DNA of 64,000 nucleotides from Callorhinchus milii (lineage: Eukaryota), in contig NW_024704743.1 of NCBI RefSeq assembly GCF_018977255.1, positions 36,520,001 through 36,584,000 on the forward strand. Direction: 5' to 3'. Under the pieces are notes generated by a model that made no database searches, was not told where the DNA came from, and worked only from the letters and a program-made list of their open reading frames with translations. Shown piece after piece: positions 1-15,102 of the stretch; the first letter of the stretch is position 1; each line of letters starts with the position of its first letter. The position numbers were made by a program, and so were the translations under genes.

Positions 1-749
1 AACTGTGCCACAGGCAATACCTCTGAAAGATCAAGTGAAAAATAAAAATTGAGCAAACGGGAAGGGAAATTAATAAAAACAAATCCTCTGCATGAAATAA
101 TCAAGGCCTTGTTTCATTGTATTCAGATTACATACAAGACTGCATCTGTAACATTTCACTATTTGCTTTTACAGTAATCATTTCTCATAAAACTTCAAGG
201 ACACAAAGGCAGTAAACATGCAAAACTATAGTGTGAAATTAGACCTTGTTTTAAGTAATACTTAAAGCAGGTGACATCCAGTCCATGCTGCCAGTCGAAT
301 GCCCTTGGGGTGCCGTCCTTCAGGTGAGACATTAAACCAAAGTCCAGTCTGTCTTTTGGATGGACGCTAAAGATCCAAGGTAATACTGGAAAAGAGAAAG
401 GAGTTTCTCCCAGTGTCCTGACTAACAATCTCCCAAATATTGGTCATTTACTTCATAGCTGTTGGGAGGCATTGTTGTATACAAATTGACTGAAGTGTTC
501 ACCTATGAAGTACAACCACTACATTGCATCTGGCAAAGCGCTCTGAGATGTCCTCCTAATGTGAAAGATCTATATCAAATACAAGGATTATTACTTTTAT
601 CATTCGGTGACATTACCCCTCTGCAGGTCAGTGGTCTCTTACCTTTCTTCTAGTTTTCTCAACCACCACCTTTTTTGAAGTGAGCATTTACTGAAATGTA
701 ATTTCCAGCCCGTTGAGGAAATTACCTTCTTAGAATACATTAGCATATA

Positions 750-1060
750 TTAGAATATACAGCACAGAAACAGGCCATTCAGCCCAACTGGTCTCTGCAG
801 GTGTTTATGCTCCACATGAGCCTCCTCCTGCCCTTCCTCAGTTATGCCTTCAAGCACAACCTTCTATTTCTTTTTCCCTCATGTACCTATCAAGCTTTCC
901 CTTAAATACATCTATACTATTTGCCTCAACAACTCCGTGTGGTAGCATGTTCACATTCCCACTACTCTCTGTGTGAAGAAATTTCTTCTAACTTCCCTAT
1001 TTGATCTATTTGTGACTATTTTATATTGATGGCCCCTGGTTTTCATCTCCCCCACAAGTG
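750..1060 (-). mobile_element. Degenerate CR1 3' fragment
   Basis: Minus-strand TRGHQYKI...RRNFFTQRVVGM and a gaatggcctg 3' UTR motif. Confidence 0.8.
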
Positions 1061-1539
1061 TTGTCTGATATTTGTTATCTGGGTTCAATCTGCTGAAGAT
1101 GTGCACACACACTCCCCCCTTTCCAGAATTAACATTTTCATCAATTATCAACCCTAGAGTTGCCCTTTAATGTTTTACAGATTTTATCAGACAGGGGACA
1201 CGCACAGGCTTGAAATACTTTCATGCACAAAATCTATTAACCTTAAAGCTGCAATACACCCCTCTTGACTCCAGCCCCCAGCTCACTGTTCAGAACCTTG
1301 GTCTTCCTGACACAAAAGGCATATATAAATGCAATTTCTTCTTGTTACACTTGGAGCCACGCTTATCTAGAGCCTTTACAATTGAAGTTCCATTCGCCAT
1401 CATACACATAGCATTGAGCAGAAACAGATACAATGCATTCCTATCATATTCTCAGTTGCTGAGTAACTCTTCAGCAACTGGTTTCTCCCTATGTATTCCT
1501 GGGAAGTACAGGAATTCAAATAGTTCACAGTACTTCTAT

Positions 1540-1825
1540 AATAATAATAATCCTTGCATTTGATATAGTGCTTTTCATGTCTTCTAGACGTCTCACAGAA
1601 TATACTGTAAAGTGAATTGACTGCATATTTGTGGGCGAAACGAGGCAGCCAATTGCGCACAGCAGTGTCCCACAAACAGTCATGAGGTGACCAATTTTAT
1701 TATCTTTTTTCTTGAGGGATTATTATCAGACATGTGGAGTAAGGAAAGCTTTTGCGCTACCGAGAATCAAACCCAGGTCTCTCATGTGTGAGGGGAATGC
1801 TCTAACCACTGAGCTACAGGACTCT
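1540..1825 (-). mobile_element. tRNA-derived SINE, internally deleted
   Basis: Tail aataatccttgcatttgatatag and head ccactgagctacaggactc. Confidence 0.85.
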
Positions 1826-4800
1826 TTCTCAGTCACATCAAAAACATAGAATACCATACCTAAACTCCTATAAGGTTTATTGCCCAGCACCAACACCTTG
1901 TAACATACTAACTCTCAAGCATATTTAAGGTAGAGAAGCATCGACTGTTCTGAATGGACTGATATACATCCAATCAAGGGTCGAAGGCTCCTCTTTATCT
2001 GTACAGTCTTTATTCATATCTCTTTTGATATCTGTGTGCAAAATTGACTTTTCCAAAGTATTGTAATTATCTGGAAAAAATAATGAAGCACATTTTAAAT
2101 TTTTCCTTAGCATTCCTAAACGTTGGCTGCTATCACTAAATAGCTCAATAACCTGAAAATCAGATGTAGCATCTTGCTTGGAATGGTACAATACATAATA
2201 AATTACTTTGATTTAATTGTAGCTTGACACACTGTCTGTGTGCAAAGCTACACTGTGACACATTACTGATGTTTATAGTGTGGTTTTAGTGTTTTTAAGT
2301 CTTACCAAACTAAAGAAAATTATTAAAACATAAAAGTAAAAGATAATTTCATTTGAGCTACATCGCTGTAAAATGGTTCATGTAATGGTTCATTACACAG
2401 ATTATATGGAGAGGTTTGCCTGAAACCCAAAATCCTCATTCCCAGTTGGAGACTACTTTTTTTTAAAAACAGTATCCTTATTCAAGATTAATCTTTGATA
2501 CATTGCACCAAAACCAAATATGCATTATTGGCTGTTTATTTCAATTGAAGAGGACAATGAACTATTTTGGCAAACCAGGAGTTAAGACCATCAAGTTCTG
2601 CTATTTGTATTGCTGTTTTGTAAGAATGTTCTGCTATTTGTAATCCAGTGTTCATGTGGAGTAAAACCTCTGTTAATCTAAACGTGAATGATTAGACAGT
2701 AAAAACATACACTGAAGCAATTCTAAACGTGATATTCAAATATTCACACCGGTGACTGAACTCTGTAAAGTTGCTACTTTCAACTAATTCTAGACAATGT
2801 AACTGGAAGTGAAGGGAGAGACTGAAATCTGAGGATAAAAGTACTATGGATTTCAAATACCAGTACAGTTACGAAAGAGACAATGTTTTTTGACACTGGC
2901 TGTTACACAGTGATAGGAGCTTCTTCAAAAAACTGAAAATCGTCCAAATCAAATGCAAGTCAGAGTTAGAAACGGAAGGGGAGGGTGTGCTTCAAGTCGT
3001 TCACTCTATAATGAAGGGATCTATACAAGAGCAAGTGCCTCTTTTGTGGCAACAAGATGCGTGAAGTACTTTCAAAGAATGAGGAATCATTCTTAGATTC
3101 ACATTTAGCTTCCATATAGCTCAGGAAATAGGCCATAGCAATGGGTGATGATCAAGGATGACTTCTTGTCAAGTGCCTCTAAGGAAGGCAGTAGCAGTGA
3201 CACCTTGGATGGCTGTAGGTGGGCTGAGCAGTCAGTTACAATACCCATCGGCAATGAACTTTTGACATTGCCAGTGTTCACTGACCTCCCTCAGGATCTA
3301 CAGCCAGTTTAAATCGACACACAACATAACGGCCTCAATAAAGGTTAATAAGTGCTCTGATAACACGGTCTCTTCCCCTCGACCGCTGAACTAAATCGAT
3401 CCACTGCAACACTGAAAACCAAATAAATTCTTAAATACTTTCCAAAGATTGGGACTAACTTTATGTATGAAACCTAATTATTTCAGAAACCATTTGCCCT
3501 TCATCTCATATCGATTTAGTACTAACTGTTAGAGCAATTGATTTAATAGTCATCATCTGCTCAATGGTCAAAAAAATAATAGAATTGGCAGTGTACTAGA
3601 ACTTACTGCTTTACAATCCATTCTTGTTTTGAAACCAAATACAAGGTGCCCATGTTATACAATATAAATTTACATTTATACAGCGCCTTTCACGTCAGGA
3701 GGACATCTCAAAACACTTATGATGCGATTCTAGAGATTCAGACACATCTATATAAAATGTCCATCGAAAAAATCTCTGCCATTCCTGCTTCCGGGTTGGT
3801 CAGGGTACTGCTGGCATCACTTCTGGAGTGGACTCACCATCTTCCTGAGGGTCTACTAGTCAGTGTGACCGATTTCACGAGCGTTTCTAACCAGTGAATT
3901 TTCATCTTTATTTAAGAATCTAATTACTTTGTTCCAATTTGTGCTCAATTTCAAGACAGTTTGTTCAGCACCCTTACACTGACTTCAGATACTATCCAAT
4001 AATTTCATACTATCCCTGGTACTGGCAACTACTTTGGGTCCAGACAATATGTCCTTTGATTGAGCTGCCCAGAAGTTTGTAAACTGGACCCCAAATTCAG
4101 AAACAATAAGCCTGCTTCTAGTTACCTTCATCAGCACCTTGGTGAAAGGAGCTATACAAATGTAATTTTGTTGTTGTTGTTGTTATTACATGAAGCCGCA
4201 ACTTAATAAAATCCCTTCAGTCTATTTATAGTTATAATCCTTCCATTTGTAAAAGAGCTTTATCACGTCTTTGAGATGTCTCAAAGCGCTTCACAGAATA
4301 TACTGAAAAGTGAATAGACTGTATATTATCTGCCCTTTCCCTAACCCCTTATAGCCTCTTCACCATGCTGTTGCAAAATAATTTAATCTGAACCATCTGT
4401 TCATCTTCCCTCCTTTATAGTACTCCAAGAAGATTTTCAAAACTAACTTAATTTCTTGCTAAAGCATTTCCTGTACTCCTGAAACTGTCGCCTAGAGCTA
4501 TGAAGGGAAAATAGAACAATTAAACATATCTGTTTTGTTTAAAAATCATATGAGCAATTTAATGGCGTGTCAAGATTATTACACACGCCTGCAGGAAAAT
4601 GTTTTAAAAGAAGACATCTTCCACACTTCAAAAAGATTTTCTCAATCTGGGTGTGGTATAATTACAGCAAAATATCAGGACGCACAATGCCAGCCAACAA
4701 TATCCAAGTTGGGAAGGTATTTTTTTTAAAAAAACATACAGGCACACTGAATCATACCGAATAAGAAGAAGCAATACACCAGGCAGGTGTCTGCAAGTCT

Positions 4801-6117
4801 ATCCAAATAAAAAAATGAAATCCTTTCACATTGCCATTGTGCAATGGAACCCCATTAGGTGCCTCGCAAGAGTCCACTTTTAACACTGATGCGCTGTACC
4901 CTTATGGTGCCTGGAAGTGCTGTACAGACGTGACGCAGAGTAACCGGCTTCCGGCACTAAAAACAATTGGCTCACTTCCTGGATCACTGGCACTTCCTGT
5001 TCTGCACATCAAGTGACTTCAGCGCCACTTCATCATCGCCCGCATCCGCAGCAGGTAGAAAGTGATGTTAGCGGCACTTCCTGCACACCGCCTATAGGAA
5101 GTCAGCAGCAATCGCACTCCCCTGACGTCTGCCATTTATTCACTCTGTTATCATCTGGCCACTGAGATATTGACCAATAATAATAATCCTTGCATTTGAT
5201 ATAGCGCCTTATCACATCTTCAAGACGTTCCGCCCTGCCCAGGAATTGAATCCAGGTTCTCTCGCTTGCAGGGCGAGTGCTCTAATCAATATGCTACAGG
5301 ACTCCACAAGAAGATCAAGAAGACCACACAAGGCACAATGTTGCCCTGAATATACAATACACCTTGTGGGACCATTATCGAAATATTACCCTTGCAAGAA
5401 TTTGTTAAAAGTCCAGTGAACTATTCCTTGAATACTTTAGGTTAAAGCAAAGAAATTTTGGGAATTTTCTCAGAAGGGGATTAAATTTAGCTATTCTCAG
5501 AAGATCTATTATCTATTATCTCTGCTTACTGTACTTCACCATTCAAAAATATTATTACCATTACAGCCATCATTGGTGGGCAGGTTTCTGCCCCTCCTCT
5601 CTGGAACTCAATTCTAGAACCACTTGCCTTGTCCCCGCCCTCCTGGCTGCCTTCAAACCTATCTTTTCAACCACACATTCGATCACCTTTGGCTCTTCTC
5701 TAGCTTGGGCATCAGCTATGTGAAGTTCTTTGAGACATCCTCATGACACGAAAGGCACTATATTAAATGTAAATTATTATTGTATTACAGCCCCAAATAG
5801 TTAGTCGGGAAAAAGGGGATTCAAATTATTCCAAGGCAGTTATTTAGCATTCACTGAGGAAATTGTTTCAGATGTAATCATTGCTTTTCACAGTTTACTC
5901 CTCAATATCCCTTCTCCAGTTGTAAAAGATATTTAGCAGCTGCAATAGAAGGGCACTTTGTTCCAGCTCACTCCAATTTCTCATTTCAAAAAGAGTATTT
6001 TCTCAACAGAATACATAAATGGGAAGGGGTAAAGTGAAGTGCAAGAAAGAGCACAAAAGGCTGAAGAAACAAGCTTTGCTCTGGAGATGAAAGTTGGTTG
6101 AAATCAAACTGGAATAG

Positions 6118-6330
6118 ATTATACATAGGCACAAGAGTAGGCAATTCAGTCCTTGAGCCTATTCTGCCATTCTATTACATCATGGCTGATCTGTACCTCA
6201 ACTCCAATTACCCAACTTTGCTCCATATCCCTTGATATCCCTACCTAACAAAAATCTACCCATCTCAGTTTGAATTGATCCAGCATCCACAGCCTTTTGG
6301 GGCAGAGAGTTGCAGATTTCCAGCACCCGT
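6118..6330 (-). mobile_element. Degenerate CR1 3' fragment
   Basis: Reverse complement resembles the 3' end of the 50657-51148 copy (gatcagccatg, gaattgcctactc). Confidence 0.7.
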
Positions 6331-7089
6331 TTCCACTATACATTATATATGGAAGGAATGGTTCTGATAGGCTGAACAGCACTTCTTTGTTCCTTGTTTA
6401 TGTTATCTAACAGACATTAACATTTCGTTAAAGGAAATTTAGACAGATTTGGGGCAAGCTGAATTTACTTGGACTCAAAATGTCACCAATGTAAACTGCT
6501 CGTCTAATGTGCACACGTTCAGAAAAATGTAGGAATCTTGACGCAAGGCTATAGTTTCATCCATGCGCTGAATCAGGTTTTAAAAACACGCAGATGTTGC
6601 TCAGGGAAAACACTCCACAATTTCAAGACTTAAATTATCCAACTTTATCCACAATAAAAATAAAAGGTTTTTGTGTGGCTTTGAAATAAAATGGCATTGT
6701 TATACTGTATTACACAACTTGAACTGTATTACACAACTTGAGTTTGAGAGGTTTAATTCATTTCAGATCAAAGAGGTGAAGTCACAGGCCAGGTTTTTGA
6801 ATTTTGAGCTTCACTCATACAATGGCACAAAGTTCTATAGATTTTGATATACAAGACCAATTTCACTTAACAAACACCATAGTGGAATTATAGTATTACC
6901 AAGAAGCACTAGATTCTTGAATATTTGTAATTTACCATCAGTCTCATCCATTTGATGGAGAATGAATATTCACAAGTTTTTAACTGTGAAGTGCAGTAAC
7001 TTTATTTGTAGGTGAACATGGCAGCCAATTTGCACACAACAACAACTTCCATTTATATAGCACCCTTCACATGGGATAGCATCCCATAG

Positions 7090-7895
7090 CTGAATGTCGA
7101 CAAGACTCTTTGGCTCCCGTCAATGTCTTCTCTCCTGCGGGTCTGAAATCTTCAATCTCCTTGGGATCTCCCTCAGACTCACCAAAACCATGTGCAACTT
7201 AGGTGTCAGGTTCGATCCCCAGCTTTCCTTTCTACCACACATATGTTCCCTGACCAGGACCGCGTTTTTCCAACCTCCGTCACATTGCCCACCTCCGTCT
7301 ATACCTCACAACAAGAGCAGCTGAAACCCTCGTCCACATTTCCGTCACTTCCCGGCTGGACTATTCTAATGCCCTCCTCATTGGTCTCCCCAGCTCGACC
7401 ACACACAAAATGCAATTAATTCAAAACTCTGCCTGGATACTCACCTGCACAAAACTCTGTACCCCCATCACACCAGTCTTTACCAGATTCCACTGGCTCC
7501 CAATCAACGAATGGATCGACTTCAAGATCTCTCACTTGTTTTCAAATCTTTGCATGCCCTCGCACCTTCCTACCTATCCGACCTGCTTACCCCCACTCCG
7601 CCACCCACTGCCTCCACTCGGCTGGCTCTGGCCTCCTCTTCGTCCCTCATCCCCTCCGCTCCACCTTCAGCCACTACGCCCCAGAACCTCTGGAACTCTC
7701 TCCGTCAATCCCTCCACTTTGCCCCCTCCCTCCCCACCTTCAAATCCCCCCTAAAGACCTTCCTTGTTGGGCAAGCTTACGGTCACCTCCACCCTCCCTT
7801 TCCCCCAGCTCGGGGTCAGACTCCGCTATTGTCAAGCACTCTGGGACACTACCCTGAGTGAAGGGCGTTATATAAATGTAAGTTGTTGTTGTTGA
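7090..7895 (+). mobile_element. L2 LINE 3' fragment, frameshifted
   Basis: NLGVRFDPQLSF, IQNSA, FHWLP, LWNSL motifs across frames; (ttg)n tail. Confidence 0.9.
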
Positions 7896-8436
7896 TTCCA
7901 AATGGGGCATTGAAACCCTGAAATGCCAGGATTCCAAAAGAGCAGAGGGATTGCAACCCTGAGTCCCCACATGGGGCTTGAACCCACATGGGGCTTGAAC
8001 CCATAACCTCTAACTCAGAGAGTGCTACACTGAGCCAAGCTTACATTACAGAACAAGGCGTGTCTGGATCATATAAGACATTTGTTAGACCATGATTACT
8101 CACTCAGTAATCTTTCAGTCTACATTTTATAACCTTCACAAATCAGATGCATTTTAAATAGCAAAGTAGCATGATCACACACCTCTTTGAATATCAAAGT
8201 ATGTAAGGACAGCACCCAGATTTCAGAGTTTCCGCTGCAGAAGGGGTAATGGAGAAAAAGAACTGGACACAATTGCACTTATTAGGTAATGTTCAGCAGC
8301 AGAAACATTGCTTCTGACCAAAGTGGGAATCTGAAAGACAAAGAGCCAGGTACTGTGAAAGTAGTTGCTCACTAGTTCAATTAACAAAGCAGTGATCGGT
8401 ATCAAACTGCGGCATCCAGACCAGGAAAGTCTTAAT

Positions 8437-8761
8437 AAATAATAATAATAATAATCCTTGTATTCGATATAGCGCTTTTCACGTCGGAAGGACGTCCCAA
8501 AGCGCTTCACAGAACACACTGTAAAGTGAATTGACTGTAAATTTGTGGGCGAACGCGGCAGCCAATTGCGCACAGCAATGTCCCACAAACAGTCGTAGAT
8601 TGAAAATGCCAATTTATTATTGTTTTTGGTTTTGGAGGGATTATTATTAGGCGTGTGGAGTAAGGAAACTTGCCCAAGGTTTCGCCCTGACCTGCCTGGA
8701 ATTGAACTCAGGTCTCTCGCTTGCAAAGCGAGTGCTCTAACCACTGAGCTACAGGACTCCA
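8437..8761 (-). mobile_element. Same tRNA-derived SINE, short subtype
   Basis: Reverse complement nearly identical to 48241-48567. Confidence 0.92.
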
Positions 8762-11469
8762 CTCTTTCCCTGAGTTATTGAAAGTGTTGTTCAGCTGGGC
8801 AACAGTCAAACATGAGACAGTCTCTGAGCAATTGGGGGGTGGATTAGAAGTCAGCCGAAGTCCTTCTCCTCAATACAATTCAGCAAAGCTTTGCCAGGGG
8901 TTCAGAAGAAGATTAGCCTTTCTCCTATCGTGAAATAGCCGACTGAAACTCAACAACTTAATTAGTCACTCAGGTCAAGATTCTGAAGTGTGTGGAACCA
9001 AACCACAACATAACACAGCAGCTTCAAGACAGGAGAAAATTGGAGACAGAAGTGAAACATTATATTGCATTCTCGGGAAGTAATGGGGGAAGGGGTGAAA
9101 TGAGTGACTGATTATCTGGCAACGTTGGTAGAATTTCAACTACACATTTGATCCCCTATCTGTGATGAGGCATTCATGCAGCCTTTGTTTGGGGAATATT
9201 CATGTAGTCATTTCCCCGGAATAAATATTTGGCCACATTACTCCTAGCAACAATCCCTCTGTGAATTAAGTATTTTTGTAAATTCTGTGCCGTTGGTCAT
9301 GTTTGATTTTTCCAACAAACATAAGGCCAGATGGCAACTTTAAACTGATCCCTCCATTTATACAGTATCTTCAGCTCTGTGGAATTATACTGTAAGATGA
9401 TAATATATGGATCAACATTAATTATTGATCATTGTTGTAATACTCTGCACTTATAAATCTGAAATTGTTTCAGGAATCAAGGAGAGAAGCTATATATAAA
9501 TACACTTCAGAGGGAGAAAGAGGAATCTGCACAGTGCATGGAATTCAAAGCTGTCTGCATAACACGTGAGCTAACCACCTACTAATTTCAGTTTTTAATA
9601 TAGCAAACAGAGGCTACTTTGTTATGGACAGTGAAAACAGACATCAAGCCAACCAATCCACTTTTGGCTGCATATATCTGATGGAAAGTACGTTCAATAG
9701 ACCAATTTGAGATTACACAGGAGCCAAACCAATACGTTTCATGTGCATTTCATTTCCTTGAATGGGGGAAAAAAAACGTAACAAATAAGGTTTGACACAG
9801 AGTGGTCAGTATTGTTAGAATAAGGAAATGTCTCATTTGCTGCTTTAGATCTGCACAAGAAATGTGACCCAACCTTTGCAAAATGGTGAAGAATTCAAAT
9901 CTCCAATTGGTAAGGAACAGAAAGAATATTAGTTACATGAATAGAGATACATATATAAATGCAAATTGTTATTGAATAAACTGCACTGAGCAATTAAGTT
10001 GTGTTTGATGTTTTAATGAAGGCAATTGGCTACAATAGCTTAAAAAACAGACCCAATCAAGAGCTAACAATACTCTCAACCATCTTGTGGCAGTGTAGGA
10101 TGGTGCTGCACCACATTACAACATTGGAAATCCTGGTGCTGTTCAGCCACGTCAAATATCTCAACCTCAAGTTAACACAAACAATGCATTTCAGCACCTG
10201 CTCTGAAATAAAATCAGGAAGTACTGGAAATTTGAAGCAATTCAAATCGAGTATCAGAAAGAGAGTTATTTTTGAACAAGGGCCTTCATCGTGATTCCCA
10301 GGATTCTGGGGTTTATTGCAGATCTACAGTACCTATAGTCTTTCTTTTAGTTTTGAGACTTGCTCTTGTCACTTGTCATTCAATGACTTGAACACTCACT
10401 TCAAACCACACCAAAAATCTAGTCTGTTACTAGCTACAGGAACTAAAATTTGGAAAAACAATGGTAAACAGCAGATATGTTGCATGCTCATGGAAAAAAA
10501 AACTTGAGATTACAATTATTAAATTGTTTATTGTAACATATTTTAGGAACTCTTGAGCCTCGAGTATTACAAATGACCTACCTCATGGCTGGAGAGCAGA
10601 AAGATATACCAACCAGATTGCAACTCCTGACCTGATTGGGTTCCAGTGACCCACACTGTCATGAGTGAGCCCGCAGATGTTGTGGACAAGAAAAGGCTCA
10701 AATGGGCGCTTCAAGATCGGGCTTGAAGGAGATGCGTCGCACAGCTTGCTAGCACCTGTGGTTCACATTCACAGCTGATATACATAGCCCTGCAAACTTG
10801 TCCTCCCCAAATAATTATCTACTTCCCTCTTAAAAATTGTTATCGAATTGGCTTCCACCACCCTTTCGAGCAATGCATTCCAGATCTGAACAACTCACTA
10901 TGTGAAAAAATTTCTCCTCACTTCCCTTTTAATAACAATTTTAAATTGGTATCCTCAGGTTACCGACTCACCCACCAGTGGAAATAGTGTCCCCTTGTTC
11001 ATCCATTAATAAAACTATTATATATTTTATAAATATTCACCTCTTTCCCCCTATGCTCCCAATTCCCACTCTCACCAAATTCCTTAACAGAATTCTCACT
11101 CTGTTCTACCTCACGCTGCTGGGCTCTCTGCTCTGCTGGGCTCTCCACCTTCTGGGACTCCATCCCAGCATCCCTTCACTTTGCCCCCTCCTTTGCTTCC
11201 TTCAAGACCCATCTCAACACCTTCCTCTTTATGACTGTGCTGTCTGGTATCCTTCCACTATCCCTCGATTCACAAGGTTCTATATAAGTATAATTCGTTG
11301 TTGAAGGCTAATTTGTCCCCAGTGATATCTTACAAATAGTAAAAGTGAATGACCTTTTTTCTTCTCTGGGGATTGTTGGCCAAGACATAGGGATATTCTC
11401 CTTTCTCTTATCAATTAGCACCATGGGATCTTGACAGGGTGGACTTCAGTTTCAATGCCTCAACAAATG

Positions 11470-11810
11470 ACAAGACTTCCGACCGTGGCTGAAAGCGCGA
11501 CCACCGATGGTGGAAAGGAGGGCACGAGGAATACGCAGGAGGCTGGAGCCAGTCGAGCAGAGGCTCCGGTGGTAGGGTGGGGAGTATGCAGGTCGGAGAT
11601 GTATGGAGGTGCCAGGGCATGAAGACTAGTGTGAGGATCTCAAAATCGATCCGTTCGGTGATAGGGAGCCAGTGGAGCCTGAACTGGTGTGATGTGGGCT
11701 TGGAGTTTAGTGCAGATGAGAATGTGGGCAGCAGATTTATGGATTAACTGGATTTTGTGGTTTGTGGAGCTAGGGAGACCGGTGAGGAGGGCACTTGAAT
11801 AGTCAAGACC
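11470..11810 (-). mobile_element. Degenerate L2 fragment with internal deletion
   Basis: Reverse complement aligns by eye with the L2 C-terminal region (ccactggctcc, ccatcggtggtcgc). Confidence 0.75.
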
Positions 11811-14317
11811 ACCACTATAAGAGAAATTCCATCTGCGTCACAATGTACTCTACATTAGGTATCATACTGCAGAGTTTGGCAAATAATTGAATTCAGTCTC
11901 AACTTTAAAGATAATTATTAAAAGTATTTCTTAAAAGAACTTCCACAAAACAAGCTTCAAACCTAGTAGTGTAAACTGTATTTAAATAACTTGCCAAATT
12001 CTGTACACTCCGAAATGCTCCATGGAGAGAGTAAAAGAAGATCAAGGTGGAATTTCTCCCCATATATATTCGAAGAGCAAAACACAAGGCCCAGAAAAAC
12101 TACTTACAAGGCTCAATACGATGACAAGATTGTATTAAAAATATTGCAAAACCAGATGACAAATATAAAGGGCTCAAAACAACTGTCAAATTCATATAGT
12201 GTTAAACTAACAGTTCAAATTGTTATATTTCTCTTTTGTTAAGATTGATTCATGCAAAATAACTTTAACAGGTGGGGAAGAATAAGATTAACCATAATTC
12301 AGGGTTGGAATCAGAGAACATCCTAATATATCTTGCCCTTTAATTTCACACTTGATGAATAACCCCTTGAAATAAATGGAAGCATACATTTCAATAGTTT
12401 TGAAGAATGCAGCACTGACAGCCACTCTCACAAATAACAACAAGAAAACAGCATCCGCTGTAAAGCAATAGACAAGTATATGCTAGTTTCACTAACCTGA
12501 CCTTTTTGGAATGCATGGCTTCTAGATATTGACAGAAGCTGAAAACTGCATTTTATTAATCAATTCAAAAGAACTGCATTGCTCACACAGTGGAAAGTAG
12601 TTGTCCTGATCACTTAATCATATGACTGCTTGGTGACACCAAGCCCCACTGATAGAGAAGAAATTACATCCCTCCTCTTTGCTAATGACGCTAATGCATG
12701 ATCAGCACGTAAGCACTGTATACGGAGAAGCAGCACTCCCAAGAGCCTATTCTATTTAAAAACCAGTGCATAAATTGCTCTACCAATCGGAACTTTGCCG
12801 AGATTCCTTTTTCCTGTCTAGCATTAACTCCTGTATCAATAGCTGCTATTTCCCATTTTCAGTGGTGGGTATGAATATTCCTTGCACGATTGAAGCATTA
12901 AGATTTATTTCCCAAAACAATAGGAGAAGGGGAGGGGGAAAGAATCAGAATTGCTACAATATCTGGGGTAAAATTCCACCTGTCTCCAGATTTACTCCAT
13001 TAGATTTACTCACTGATGTAATGTTTCAGTGTGTGCATAATTTACAAACTGTTGAAGTCAGTTTTAAATTTGAATCCAGTTTTCTGTGGTTCTTAAAATA
13101 ATTTACAGAAAACCAGCTCCAGAATTAGCTTCAGCATTTAACAGTGACAAATTCCCAATGCTCTGAAATATTAGAGTAAATCTAGACCGGCAAGGGCCAT
13201 TTAAGTTCACTTGGTGGGCCCCACCATAAAAGAAGGTATACATAATTCTATACCTGAAAATGCCGACAGTGATTGTGTGTACACTTGCTCAAATGCAACA
13301 ATTTGCACGAAACATTACCCTCACTGCACAATTCCTAGTCATCAAAAAAGTATGCAGGTTAATGCTAAGTCTCAAAAGTCTCAATATTTAACTTAAATTC
13401 CAAAATACAACACATTTAACATCATTGAACAAAAAATACTGGCAGACTGTGAAAATGAAAATGTCATTTAGTACCACTATGAATTTACCATTCATATGAA
13501 ATTTACAGCATGTTTGACTCCCCTTATCTCGACCCAGGTAGAATATTTACCCATACAGCACATGATAATCCTTTTGTGGTTTGGCTGAATCCACTAAACT
13601 CTTATCAAACATTTCCTGTCCAATTACAACACACTGGTTTTGGTTCATAAAAAACATACCCAGTGTGATACAAGTCGCATGATATAAATGGACACTTGTC
13701 AGCACTTCTGGATTGTCAGGGCATGGCTGAGGTCACTTTCTGCAAGAAGTAATCTAGTCAGTGACAACTGCTCCTGTGAGCATTTCCAGTGATTTTGGTA
13801 GCAGGTAACTGAAGGAGGCTTTTTACACTTCATTTGGGACACGGTTTCCACAGCAGTTTACTCTCTTCAAGGTGAACATGTGACAAAGTAGAAACAAACC
13901 AGTTTCTTCCCTCCTCCCAAATTAACAGCATTCCAGCACCTTTTAGGTCACCTTGAATCGTGCACTATTCCCTGGCTGGAAACGTGGGCTAGCACGTTTT
14001 CAGAACTCTCTGCCAACACTGTACATAACAGCTTTTGGAAGCTGCATGGAAGCAGAGAGTTTAACTGCAAAAGTTACTTTTTTTCATAAATAAATCCAAT
14101 TTTCTGAAAACCTCAGGAGTAAGGTAAATTATACAATTACAGATTTGTGATCGATAAACTGAAAATATATTTGATAAAATGTCTTGGATTGGATCAAAAT
14201 TGTTCATCCTTCATCTCGAATATCATCGCATGTTAATACAAACTCTTGGAGATCTCTCCCTCTTATTGCTGTGCGTGCAGAATACAGACCTCCAAATTGC
14301 TAAACTAAGACAAGCAA

Positions 14318-15102
14318 CACAACAACAACTTACATTTATATAGCTCCCGTCATGCGGGGTAGTGTCCTGGAGTGCTTCACAGTAGTGAAGTCTGATAACG
14401 AATCAGGGGGAGAGGGAGTGGGGCGGTGACCGTAAGCACGATCAAAAAGGAAGGTCTTTAAACAGGATTTGAAGGTGGGGAGGGAGGAGGCAAGGCGGAG
14501 GGATTGAGGGAGAGTTCCAGAGTTTTGGGGTGTTGTGGCTGAAGGTACGGCCACCAATGGTGGAATGGAGGGCACGAGGGACAAACAGGAGGCCGGAACC
14601 AAGTGAGGCAGTGGGTGGTGCAGTGGGGGTAAGCAGGTCGGGTAGGTAGGGAGATGCGAGGGCATGAAGTGATTTGAAAACGAATGAGAGGATCTTGAAG
14701 TTAATCCGTTTGGTGATGGGAACCAGTGGAGCCTGGCAAGGACTCGTGTGAAGGGAATATGGAGTTTTGTGCAGGTGAGAATCTGGGCAGTGCAGTTTTG
14801 CATTAATTGATTTTGTGTGTGGTGGAGCTGGGGAGACCAGCGAGGAGGGCATTAGAATAGTCCAGCCGGGAAGTGACGAAGGCATGGATGAGGGCTTCAG
14901 CTGCGTCTTGAGGTATGGACGGAGGTGGGCAATGTGGTGTAGGTGGAAAAGAGCGGTCCTGGTCAGGGAATGGATGTGTGGTAGAAAGGAAAGCTGGGGA
15001 TCGAACCTGAGGCCTAAGTTGCACACAGGTTCAGAGAGTTTGAGGGAGACCCCGAGGAGGTTGAGGAGTTCAGACCAACAGGAGAGAAAACGTTGATGGG
15101 AG
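14318..15102 (-). mobile_element. L2 LINE 3' fragment
   Basis: [42 protein letters not shown] motifs; (caa)n tail on +. Confidence 0.9.

Noticed and set aside
6704..6741. 19-bp direct duplication (also a 17-bp duplication at 7966-7999)
   Set aside because: Two-copy local slippage duplications with no spacers; not CRISPR-like.
12400..12760. Possible extra - strand exon (donor CAG|GTTAGT near 12496)
   Set aside because: Only a donor-like motif; no coding or other support.
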